Shown here: piece by piece, positions 1 through 11,782 of the stretch
Position numbering within the stretch: the first letter of the stretch is position 1
How the letters are laid out: every line of letters starts with the position of its first letter
Source of the DNA: Azolla caroliniana
Taxonomy: Eukaryota > Plantae > Polypodiophyta
Assembly (NCBI GenBank): GCA_043228905.1
Contig: JBHGNT010000014.1
Span: 8,122,001 to 8,186,000, forward strand
Direction of reading: 5' to 3'
DNA: 64,000 nucleotides
Made by a program: the position numbers and the translations under genes
Notes under the pieces: generated by a model
Told to the model about the DNA's origin: nothing
The model's input: only the letters and a program-made list of their open reading frames with translations
The model's database searches: none

Positions 1-68
1 TATATGTAAAGAAAAATAAATATATATATATATATATAGATAAATATATTATATTACACGAACAAGAG

Positions 69-358
69 TAATATAAAGTATGCTTTATTTTATGTATATT
101 ACTAGTATAGAGTAAATGGTAAGATTTGAGAGTCATAGGGTGGGGTTATTGGTTCAAGTCCTCTCTTGTTCGTGTAATATAATATATTTATCTATATATA
201 TTTATTTCTTTATTTCTTTATTTCTTTACATATATATCTAATATTATCATATGTATTGTTAATATTATCTTTATATATAAAACATTATCAAATGTTATTT
301 TAGTTGCGTATTTATCTTATTGTAGACTTTTAATGTGAAGCTTTCGTACTTCATGACA
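69..358 (-). repeat. Gypsy-1 3' LTR (partial)
   Basis: Near-identical to 7520-7806; ends ...tcatgaca on the + strand (TG start on minus). Confidence 0.9.
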
Positions 359-372
359 TCCACCCCCTCTAG
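359..372 (-). promoter_or_regulatory. Polypurine tract of Gypsy-1
   Basis: Minus strand agagggggtgga directly abuts the 3' LTR. Confidence 0.85.
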
Positions 373-398
373 ACCTCCACATCCTCCGGCATGTGCCA

Positions 399-3300
399 CT
401 ATCTTTCATCTTCATGTTGATCTATTGGAGGAGGTTCAAGCTCAAACCTTTTCTTAAATACTTTTATCCTCTTTCCAGCTACCACGTTTAGGATTAGTGT
501 CCCATCCAATTCACTAAGCTTATAAGTAAAGTTATCATATACTTTTCTTACTATATAAGGCCCAAACCATCTTTCAGCGAGCTTGCGGACAGTGCTATGT
601 TGATTATCTAAACTGCTATCATACACGAGCACCCAATCTGCTTCTTCTATTTTCTTAGGTCGAATTCTATGAGTTTTATCAAAACGAATTTTATTCTTTA
701 GTCGAGCCTCCTTCAATTGTTGGGCTGTTATTTCTATATCTTCAGGTCGACGCTCTAATTGTTGAATTCGCAAAGCAAGTAATTCTTCTCTGCTCACCTC
801 TTCTCTCCATGGAATAGATATCCATGACATAAATGATTCTTCTATCGGCATGATGGGCTTTTGGCCAAGTATCAATTCAGTTGGCATGTATCCTATTACT
901 GAACTATTGTTCGATCCGCCCATCGTGCATAAGGTAGCATGTGTGGCCAATCTCTTATTTTACCTTTATAGCTTTTCACGATCACCTTAACTATTGGGCT
1001 ATGTCCTCTTTCAATCTTTCCATTGGCTTCTGGATTATACGCAGTTGTAAGTGATAATTTGACCCCTATTCGGCTGAAGAATTCTCTAGCTTCATCAGAG
1101 TCCAGTTCTCCTCTATCTACAGTTATTTTACCAACACACCCGTAATGACATATTACATCTTCTAACAAAAATTTACATACAGCTCTAGTTGTTTTTTGTC
1201 GTAGTGGTCTTCCTTCTACTTGGTTTTTAAGGTCTTCTCTTGCTAGTACTAAATATCGCATTTGACCTTCCCCAAGTGGCATTGTCACTAGATCTACCAT
1301 CCATTTATAATGCATTGATGATGAATATGTTGGTTTTAGCTCATCTCGATACCAGATAGTTGAATACCTCTAGCAAACCTCACAGGTTTCCACAAATTTC
1401 ATTACATCTTTATACATATGTGGCCACCAATACTTTTCTTTCAACTTCATAAATGTCGCCCATATGCCTTTATGTCATGCCCACAAACTAGCATGGAATT
1501 CATTAATTAATTTTCTCTTAATGTCATCCTTACAAATGACTCGAAGAGGATTTTCGGTTGGCCTTTTTGGATGCCTCCATAAATGCCCTTCATGTAAAAA
1601 AAACTTGAATGCTCGTCTTCGAAATTCATTTAATTGTTTCTTCGACCATGATGGGTTGGCTTCTTGAGTCTTTAGAAATTTTCCTATTTCTAACCATTGA
1701 CCTTCATACTCTGTCTTTGAACATTATACTTACATTAAACTCATCATGAGGCGTAATAGATTCTTGATGAGCAAATTGATGGCTTGTAGTTGCCCAGTTC
1801 TTATCTTCAGTTTGGATCACCTTTTCATTTATGAACCTTGCCCTTGACAGCATATCTGCAACTGGGTTGTCTTTTCCCTTTATATGCCGCAATTCTGGGT
1901 TCATGGTTCTGATGTATACAATCCACCAAAGCATTGCAATATCTGGTGTCGTGCAACTTGCTATCATTCCAATGAGTGGCAAACAATCTGTTTCAACCAC
2001 TACATCTACTCCGATCAAGTAATCTCTATCTGTTTTTAATGCAGTAAGCAAACCCCACAATTCTCGTTTAACTTGTACATAGTTTCTTTGTCTTTCATTT
2101 AATATATTTGCTCCAAATCTAATAGCATATCGATGTTGGTCTTCATCTCCTTGGTTGATAACCCAACCGATCCCGATTGGGCTAGTATCAACTGTTACTA
2201 TAATTGGTCTTTCACCTTTGTAGTCTGGTTGACGAAGAATTGGTGCTTTCAGTAATGCTTCTTTCAGCTGTTGAACAACTTGTGTATGTTCATCAGTTCA
2301 AATAAACTTCTTTCCTTTTCTTAAAAGTTGGTAGAGAGGATCTGAGACATGTGCAAAGTGTGGTAACCAAATATGATAAAACACACATGCACCCAATCTT
2401 CTCACCTCTGTTACCGAGTTGCAAACTTCCTTCATATTTTGTATTGCGTTAATTTTGATCGGTGAAGGCTTCCTCCCATACCACCCACACATATGACCAA
2501 CTATTAGAACTTCGTTTTGCCCAAAGCAAGACTTTGTTCCTGATAGTGTCAAATGTACCTGCTCAAGCTTATTTAAAATACTTTCACAATCATTAATGCG
2601 ATCCATCACAAACTTTCTGCAACCATGTCCAACCATAGTCTCATCTTTCTCTCTTTCTAAGCATCCCTTAATAAGAATATCATCTAAAAATGGCATAGTT
2701 ACCTTTGGGATGTATTCATGTAGAACTTTGTTCATTGCATTCATCATATGAGCAACCGAATTCGTCGCACCTTGAGGTAGAGTGCACATTCGAACCAACC
2801 CAATTGGTGTTTTCATTGTTGTGATATTGCGACTATCAATTGCTAGTTGAAATTGGTCATATCCTGAATATAGGTCTCCCATAGAGTAAATCGCTCTTCC
2901 AACAAACGCTTCCGCAAATTCATCAACGATCGGTCCGATTCCCGCATTTCGGATTGTGACTTTGTTGACTGGTTGTAGATCTTGAATGAATCTTAGAGAA
3001 CCATCTTTCTTTGGAACTGTGAACCATCTATTGGAGTATGGTGCATTTGAAGGCTCTAAAATCTTCATCTTGACTTTATCCTTCAACAGCTCCAACAATT
3101 GCGGTAATTGAGCTCTCGATACTGCAATAGGTTTAAAATTCCAAGGAATATGAGGGATAGTAAATATTACCATTGGCGTCACCACCTTTGGATTTACACA
3201 ACCAATCTCCTCAGCTTTGAATGCGAATGCTTTCCCATGCCTAAAGATCATTTCTTTGAAAGTCGTGATCTCTGATTGCAGAAGAAATTCACCCCTTCCG

Positions 3301-4455
3301 ATTCTCAAGTTATTAATTGTCTCCGAAGTGAAGTGATGTCCGATCTTCTCTATTGGTCGAAGCATAGGCTCAGTTGCTGCTACCTCCATCTTCTCTTCAC
3401 TACCAATAGGTAATGGTACTGCAGTAGGTTTGACCTTTTTATCTATTGTTTTGTATTTTGTATTACATAAACTTTTAACTTCTTCATATTTACAATTATA
3501 CCTATCAATCTCATAATACATATCAATTGAGTTTACATGTATCTTTCTAACATTCTCATCATCTTCTTTCAAATACATTTCTAACTCTTCTAAAGTATTT
3601 GCAAAAGAAATTTCTTCCATAACACTTTCTATCTGCTCTTCCATTTCAAGTACTCCATTATCCTTCAATGCCTGCTGAAACAGATTAGCATTCTTTTTCA
3701 AGTTCCTCTTGCATTTTGACAGGAACTACACGCTCCGATGAACACCGCTCGGCCACAACCGAGCTTAGAATCAAACACAAAAAACGAGAATGAAAGACAC
3801 GACACAAAGGAGAGAAGATTACATAGGATGTTTAACGTGGAAAACCCTAAGAGGGAAAAACCATGGCAGCCCACAGACTGCAAACTATCACTATATCACA
3901 ATGATTACAACAGTGAGCTCATGGAGGCAACAACCTCGTGCTCACGATCTTCGCCACAGGCGGCGGTTACAACAGAGGCAACGACCTCTTCGTTTCTTTC
4001 TCTCTCTCTCTCTCTCTCTCTGTACACTGTTGCGCTCTAATCTTGCGCCAACAAGAATGACAACAACTCTACTAAGTTTGCCCTAAGTCATATTTATACT
4101 AATATGACTTTTCGGCTATTTACAAATATAGTCCCGATGGACTCTCAAAAACATATTTACGGATATGTCCCTTCATCCGGTGAGCACTCCTCACTGGGCC
4201 TTCACCATCCGGCTCTCACCGGGTCTTCCATAGCTGGGTACTCCTCATCTGGTTTCGGCCTCGGCCGAGTTTGCTCATCAGCACTGTTCTTCTCACTTCC
4301 CATCCGGAGGGACCTGTCTCCCAACACATTCATAGATCCTAGTCACACATATAGCACCACTTTCAGAAACATGAAATGACTTATTCATATGTTGTAATGC
4401 CCTATATGAGGGTCTTTTAATAATGGGACTATTGCAACCCTCACTCGCAACAGTC
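399..4455 (-). pseudogene. Gypsy-1 pol (RT, RNase H, integrase), broken by stops/frameshifts and a solo LTR
   Basis: ORF 2298-3701 is RT (LRFIQDLQPVN, LPQGATNS, PFLDD); 1704-2060 is RNase H (VETDC, NPVADMLSR); 896-1315 and 399-950 are integrase (YNPEANGKIERGH, WFGPY). Confidence 0.92.
3717..4326 (-). mobile_element. Solo LTR (Copia-type) inserted in Gypsy-1 pol
   Basis: TG...CA ends; 5-bp TSD cattt/cattc; contains tttaacgtggaaaacc...gggaaaaacca, which is typical of Copia LTRs; removing it restores the frame TRIYE-C-KRNLKKNAN. Confidence 0.85.
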
Positions 4456-6630
4456 CTAGTCAAAAACCTGATTATCAAAATCATCACAATCTTTTGGTAT
4501 TGAATGATCACGAAGCTCTTGCTTGTTCCTCTCATGATTTGGGCAAACTGTCATAAATTGTACAGTTCGTCGTCCATCTTGGCTACAGATTTTCGCATAG
4601 GCAGAACCATTGTCAAGGACTTTGGTCTCCATCTGTACTGTTGTAATGTATGGTTGCCCCAGGATTATTGGATAGGTAGATCCTTCCTGCACAAAGAAAT
4701 GTTGATCTACCTCTATATCACCAATAGTAACCTTTACATTTGGGCATGCACCAAATAAATCTTCCGTGACTGATGTGGCAGCTTTTACTCGCCAACCATG
4801 TTGAGTATCAATTGGCCATCTACCTTTCCTATAAAAATCAGCACTCATTATATTTAATTCAGAACCATGGTCAATAAGTGCCATCACGGGGTCTGGAACA
4901 TTTCCAATCTTCACATGATGCTCAATAGTGGCTCTTGCCCAACATTTGCAAGAGTAATGGCTTCATACATCTGTTGAATTTATCATTGAGGTTGATGCAT
5001 GTTGAGAGTCAACAACGATATTGTTTGACTCGTTGCTCACCACTTCATATGCCACCTTCAGATTTGTCTCTTTAACCTGCTCATTTACTTGCTTCTTTCT
5101 TCACACAATATCAATTATTTCATCATGAAATTCCTTTTTTGCAATACCTAACACTTCTCTTAGTGTAAATTCTACTCGACTGTCTAGTATTCTTGTTTCT
5201 AAAACTTTCTTTAAATCTGTATCCTTTTCAATATTAGACATTAATATGAATGAAGGACCAGATTTACCTTTTTCGACCTTTGTGTCCATCTCTTTTCTTT
5301 TGTTGTCTCTTGTCTCATGCTTTTTTGTTGAGCCAATCTCATCATCCGGCCTTTTCCTTTTTTCTTCCACTATCACCTCATGCTCTTGGTGTTCTGCCAT
5401 CTGAGCATAGACCGTCATAGCATCTACTGGAACATCCCATCCAGTGTTTTTCCTTAAAGAATCTTCGGCAACACGAAGGTCTTCCATATTCATCTTTTGC
5501 TTTTGTGCGGTACTTACAACCTTCTCCCAGAATGATGATCGGGATGGCATGTCATCGAGGCGCATTCCTGCTGTTGCCGAGTAGTACATTGCGGAAGCCT
5601 TCTTTGCTTCAGCTTCTTCAAATTTAACCTTAACACCACCATCACCAAAGTTCTTTGTAAGTGGACTTCTAGTTTCAGTTAAATAAATGTTACCATTTTT
5701 CCAATACACCAAGTCTCGATTTTCCATGTCTTTATATTCCGCACAATCACGTAATCGATGTTCAAGACTATCACACCACATGCATCGAGGTCGAAATGGT
5801 TCCCTTGACCTCGAAGTCTGACCATTCTCAAGCTTTGCCACTTTAATTGTTAGATCTTTCATACTTTGAACTAAATCATCAAGCAAAGACTCACTCTTAG
5901 TTTCGATCATTTCTCGTGGTTGATGGACCATTTCGTGTGATGGTTCTCGACGAAGTCTTTGAACTTCGATGTTTTGCTCAAGCCGATTTGTGATTCCCAC
6001 ATGTGGTATTTGTAGCATTGCACCATTCCTTTGCATTCTTTTCATAAATTTATTACAAGCATTTGTTACCTCATTCCAATCTGCAGTTATACCATCCTCT
6101 GTATTTGGTACTTCAAGCATGAATTCCAATTCTTTTTTATATCTCTTGTCAACTGCCTACAAAAATAAAGCAACCTTTTGCCAAGACAAAGAATTTCTTT
6201 CTTCTGGCTTTAAGTGTCCATACATCCTATCAAACTCTTTTTTTGTGTCAGCCATAGATAACCCTTTATCTTCTTTTAAGATCCATTCATGAAATGAACG
6301 CATAGTAACTCGAGAGAAATCCTCACGAGCATATTCAGACACAAGTGCTTCTTTGAATGCATTCCAATCCAAACTATGCAATGCTTGTATTTCACGAATT
6401 CTATCTCTTAATTCCATTTCCACTAATTTATAAAAGTTTCCTATCATATTGACATCATTTATACCAAACATTTCCATTTCATCATAATATATATTCACAT
6501 ACTTCGAAATATTTGTGCCATCAAACATACCAATCTTCTCTCAAACTTCTCGTAAGGCATGAAATAATCAATCTTGATCCAACTTTTCAATAAACAACAT
6601 TACCGGATCCATTGTACTCGTACTTGCCAT
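4456..6630 (-). pseudogene. Gypsy-1 gag and aspartic protease
   Basis: ORFs 6157-6528, 5101-6129 (CMWCDSLEHRLRDC zinc knuckle) and 4456-4914 (ALIDHGSELNIM, IILGQPY). Confidence 0.88.
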
Positions 6631-6674
6631 GTTGATGTTGATCTTTACTTTAGATGTCTCTTCTACTTCCCCGT

Positions 6675-6692
6675 TTCACGTCGGGTTCACCA
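6675..6692 (-). promoter_or_regulatory. Primer-binding site, tRNA-Trp
   Basis: + strand ttcacgtcgggttcacca matches the 3' end of plant tRNA-Trp as recalled; 5 nt from the LTR. Confidence 0.8.
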
Positions 6693-6697
6693 AATTG

Positions 6698-7806
6698 TGT
6701 CGTGACGTGGCTCGCCTAGAAGCGTAGCGTTGCGCACACAAAGGATAACGTGAAAGTGAGGAAGGAATCACTGGGATTATGGACGGAAGAGACGAAAGAG
6801 TAGAGATGGAGTGAATAGAGATCAATAAGATATGACAAAATAGGATTTTTAAGGAATATAAGATAAGACAAGATAAGATATAAAATAATATATGACAAAG
6901 TGTATGAAATTTCATGAAAGAGTTACAAAATGATTGTGCACGTCGTTGAACCTCCGAACTTTGCCTTGCAAGGTAATCGCTCTTCTCTTTCTTGATCGTA
7001 GACCACTACAATCTTCACTTCAATATTTTGATGAAGATAAGGCTCGAACTGCCTCCCTCTTGTTGAGAGTTGACCACCACGACCGCCAAGCTAGAGCTCC
7101 ATGTTTATGTTCAACATCTTCCCTTCTTTCTCTATTTTTATGGTATCTCTTATGTAATACATAATTTGATTGATATCTCATACCTCTTCCCCTTTTGATC
7201 TTCTCTTTCACCCTTTAAATAGGTGCCCCCATGCATATGATGCATTGGAGGGTACAAGACATGCATGTGATGCATGATCGCCATTTGGCGTTCATGCATT
7301 ACATGTGATGCATGATAAACATCTCGCTCATTTGAGCTTTTATGTATGAAACAATATATGCAATAACAGTAAACATGAAAATATAATCTTAAAGAGAAAG
7401 GACCTAGACTAATGGTAGTTGTGTTGACTTTGGTGTATGAGGTTACGGGTTTGAGTCTCAAAATACTATTGAATACAACATACAACTTTATTTTTATATC
7501 ATGAATCAAATCCTTTATGTAATATAAAGTATGCTCTATTTTATGTATATTACTAGTATAGAGTAAATGGTAAGTTTTGAGAGTCATAGGGTGGGGTTAT
7601 TGGTTCAAGTCCTCTCTTGTTCGTGTAATATAATATATTTATCTATATATATATATATATATATATATTTTCTTTACATATATATCTAATATTATCATAT
7701 GTGTTGTTAATATTATCTTTATATATAAAACATTATCAAATGTTATTTTAGTTACGTATTTATCTTATTGTAGACTTTTAATGTGAAGCTTTCGTATTTC
7801 ACGACA
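6698..7806 (-). repeat. Gypsy-1 5' LTR (~1.1 kb)
   Basis: Perfect 8-bp terminal inverted repeat tgtcgtga...tcacgaca; PBS adjacent; TATA-like tatttaaa on minus near 7215-7222. Confidence 0.9.
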
Positions 7807-10800
7807 CCGTAACGAATGTTGTCTTCTCCAAGTTCATCGAGTGCATCCGGATTTGATTGTATTCACCGAATCTGTTGAGGAAGTTATACACTTCATGACC
7901 GGCTACCGCGTCCAGAACCCCATCCGTAAATGGGAGTGGGAATGCATCTGTTACCGTTGCTACATTTAACTTCCAGTAATCTACACAGACTTTGATTTTG
8001 CCATTTTTCTTGGGTACAACCACAATCAAGTTTAACCATGTTGCTTGCTTTACCGGCCGGATAAAACCAACTCGAAGTAACTTATCGATCTCCTCTTTCA
8101 CTTTGGCCGCATAGTTCAGATTCATGCGGTATCGCCTCTGTGCTACTGGTTTTGCGTTCTTGCTCAAGTGAATCTAGTGCTCATATAGTTGGGGTTCTAA
8201 TCCTCGCATGTCTTCGTATGACCATGCGAATACATCCCGGAATTCTTTTAGTAATGACACCATCGCTATTTTTTCAGACGGTGGCATTTCTTTTACCACA
8301 TTGACCGGTTTCGATTCCTCCCCGGTTCTGAGGTTCACCTACTCCAACTACGATGCTTTTACTCGTTGCGATGCCGCCATTTCCCGTTCCAGGGTTTCTT
8401 GTGCTTGACTTAATTCCCGGATTGCTTCCCGATACAGCTCCTCACCATCTTCTTCCGGCTGCACGATATATGGGGTAACCGCTTTTGCAACGTCTACTTC
8501 GAATAATGGCACTATCCTTGGATGCTCGTCTAGGTAATGGTCTACCTCTTCATCGGCTAGCCCTTCTAGCATGTTAATGCTTTCCGCATATAGTGGCGTC
8601 CACTCCTTACTGGCGCCCATCCGTGGGTGTGTCGGTACTCGCACTTTTGCTTTGTCGCTTCGGAAAGTGATGATATTCCTCTGCCAATTTTGTTTTATGT
8701 GCACTGTCCGCAGTCATGGTCTTCCTAGAAACAAGGGATATGTTCCTTGTGTGTTTAGCTATAGCACCTCCGTAGATATCTGGAATGCATGTCCGCCAAT
8801 TGTGACCTCCAAATCCCGGATCAGTCTGGTTGGCCTGACCGAACTCGTATCTGCCATCCGGAGCTAGAATGGGCATGGTTCCCATTCCTAGATCCCCAAC
8901 ATATCGCATGTACATTGGCTAATTACGTTCACTCCCAATCCGCCGTCCACGATTGTTCCCGGTACTTCTTGTCCTTTGACGATGACTATGATTGCAGGGT
9001 TGCTCATGTCCACAATGGCCGGTCCTTCTTCCGGATTCGAAAAGAATGCCAGAACCGGTGTGGGGTTTGGTGGGGCCAATATCGATTTCAGTCCGTCGAT
9101 GAAGGGCACTAATTGCAACAGACGGCCTAGTGGTAGCATAATCTGGCAGTCCTGTAATGCCTGCCACATTGGATTCTTGTCCATGGTTTCTGTTTGTTCC
9201 TCCGGAGGTTTCCTTTGTTCTCGTAGTTCGGTCACGTTCCGTTCATTCACCTTTTCTATCAATTCGGTGGCCTGTTTCCGGATTGCTTCCTGACCCTCCC
9301 ATTCTGCCGTTCTTCCTTTCGATCGAGTGGTTACCTGCTAAATATCAGCGACCTTCGCAATCACCATATTCACTGCCGGTTGTTTCTCATTGGTCTTGAC
9401 CGGGCACTAACTGTTATAGTGTCCTTCTTGCTGGCAGTAGTAACAATACACATTCCGTGTGTTACTTGATTCCGCTTTTCCCATATTACCAGACTGAAAG
9501 CCAATTATCACCTGGTTTGGCTCCTCTATTCTCCGTTTCTCTGATTGGACATTGATTGTGTTTCTATCAGGCTCCCGTTGATAGTCTCTAGCCGGTTCCC
9601 GACGCTCGTTTCTCCGCAAATTTCTCCTCCAATTATGGCACTGGTTGTTCCGATTTCCCTGCCGGTTTGAGTGACGCCTATCCGAATCTGCATATTCTCC
9701 TCATTGGTCATCCCTCCTTCTATTATAGTCGGGCGCATAATCGCGATCATACCTATCACGGTTATATTCCCTGCTCCTATCCCTATGATCCCGATCATAC
9801 TCCCGTCTCTCGTACAAGATATCTTGTATTGGTTGGTAGCAGTCATCTCGCCTGAACCGTTTGTCATCGTTTTGCCACTCTGTCCGGAGTTCGATCTGTC
9901 GGATTGGTGCCGCCTGTTAGTTTAGTAGATTATATTCACATCGGTCCATTGTGTGGGCTTGGGAATGGCATAGCATACATTGTGCCCTCATTGTACATTC
10001 TATCGTTGAGTGTCCGGAGTTAAGGCACGTTGTGCATTGTACGGCCTGCCAAAACCGGAGGTCCTCTTCAGTAGGGAGTGCTCGTTGGAGTGCCCCCATT
10101 GACAGCCACAAACTGTTCTTGTCCATTTCCATTACCCAGTCCATGACTTGGTCTATGGTGCTGATTTGGAAATCAACTGCCGCACACATTGTTCGGAGAG
10201 GTTCTCTGAGCACTGCCAAAAATGTCGCTTTCACTTCTTCTTCTGTCGGTGCTCTGGTGAGTTGACTGTGTAGCGTCTGGAACCGGATGATGAACTATGG
10301 CACGGTTTCTGTTGGGTCTTGCCATGTCGTGTAGAACTAACTGACGATTTCCCTTTGTTCCACCTGCATGTGGAAGAAGCGCAGAAACTATTTCTTTAAT
10401 TCTTCAAATGTGGCAATGCTGTCGGGAAGGTGCTTGTTGTGCCATCGTACCGCCGGTCCTTCCAAGGTCATGCCGAATTCCGTTATCTTCGAGCATTCGG
10501 CCTCTACTTCGGTCAGCCATTGTGAAACATGGTTCGCTTCCCATGTTTGGAGAAAGGCACAAATGTGGGCCTCCGCGTCTGGGTCATCCTGATATTTTGG
10601 ATACTGGTACAGAATGGTGTCGTCGTCTATCGATTCCGCTGGAGGTTGTATCGGTACCCACTCCTGCTTCTTTGGTGACTCTAGCGGTGATGTCGGAGCA
10701 CGTTCCTCCTGAGTCTCCAATTGGTTGTGTGGTGATGCCAGTACTTGCTCGTCTGAGCTTGGTTCATTGACTGAGGATGCCGGTTTCTTCATTTCCGGTT

Positions 10801-11180
10801 CTGGCGTTGATAAATTTTCCAAATCATCGTTGTTCAGGTCTTTTGGGGTGTCATGACTACTTTGGTAGTTGGACTAAACACTATGCTCCCCGTCCGAATC
10901 CAATTCAATCGCCGCGAATGCCCCTGAATCTCCCTCGTCCGCCACGAGGGTCTACAGGATGGATTGCACGTTCTGCAAATTGCTCAAATTGCTTCCTTCA
11001 TCCGGGTATGGATTGTGGTGTAACCGGAGTGACTCCTCCACAACCCACCGAATCACACTGGAGAAAGACCGATCCGATCGGATCTCCTCAACCACCTATT
11101 GGTAAGCCTTCCACCTCCGCAGTCTCTCGGGTAGTCTGGGTCGTCCATCCCCCTATTGTTCGCTGCTTGCTGCAGTAATC

Positions 11181-11190
11181 GTGGTCGCCA
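11181..11190 (-). promoter_or_regulatory. Primer-binding site, tRNA-Arg type
   Basis: Minus strand tggcgaccac next to the LTR. Confidence 0.6.
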
Positions 11191-11197
11191 AATTATG

Positions 11198-11647
11198 TGT
11201 TATTCCTGGGTCAGACTTGCCTCCAACACAAGGTGTCCCTTCGGAACACTCACCAAAGGGTGGTTACAGTAAGGGATTCAACACTTAACAACCATAATCA
11301 GTTGCCTTCCAGTTCGGTATCCGTATTCACAACACACCTCAAGTACACGCGTAAGATTCATACATTGAGTGCAGTACGGAATAGAATATGAAGATCCACA
11401 AGATATAATAACAAAACTTCCTTATATTAATATTCTATCCCTTAAATATCGATGCCCGGATCCTTTATAGGCACCTGGTTCTGTGTTACAAAACGGTGCC
11501 TAATTGGCAACAGGTTACGAATCGGTCTGAATCCAGATCGGCATACCTATTCCAGATCCATCCGTTCCTATAACTAATAATATTATTATATATCTGGAAA
11601 CCAGCTCGCCCCTTCCTCATTACATACTTGGCTGCCAATGGCCAACA
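11198..11647 (-). repeat. Gypsy-2 5' LTR
   Basis: tgtt...ggccaaca ends; similar to the LTR at 55186-55575. Confidence 0.85.
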
Positions 11648-11782
11648 GACCATATAATATCCCGTGGTGAGAATTTACCGTAGTATTCTCTACACTCTCG
11701 TTTAACCCTCACACTTATCCACGTGTATAGAATACTATGGTAAATTCTCACCAAGGGATATTATATGGTCATGCCCATAACG
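11648..11782. mobile_element. Palindromic mini-element built from an LTR terminus
   Basis: 48-bp arms (11648-11695 and 11723-11770, 3 mismatches) with a 27-nt loop; the minus strand matches the first ~90 bp of the LTR at 15790. Confidence 0.75.

Larger units (their letters stand above)
1..7806 (-). mobile_element. Gypsy-1: Ty3/Gypsy LTR retrotransposon without chromodomain, degenerate; 3' LTR rearranged and cut by the window edge
   Basis: Matching LTR sequence at 69-358 and 7520-7806, tRNA-Trp PBS, PPT, and gag-PR-RT-RH-IN order on the minus strand. Confidence 0.95.
7807..11647 (-). mobile_element. Gypsy-2: 5' half of a Gypsy of the same family as Gypsy-3, interrupted in RT by Gypsy-1
   Basis: gag fragments (CTTCLNSGHSTIEC, CYYCQQEGH), protease IVDGG, and RT RRYRMN..YAAKVKEEIDKLL ending at KTTFVT; collinear with 61420-64000. 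Confidence 0.93.

Noticed and set aside
7400-7616. Bona fide tRNA genes
   Set aside because: No convincing acceptor or anticodon stems; only A/B-box-like motifs
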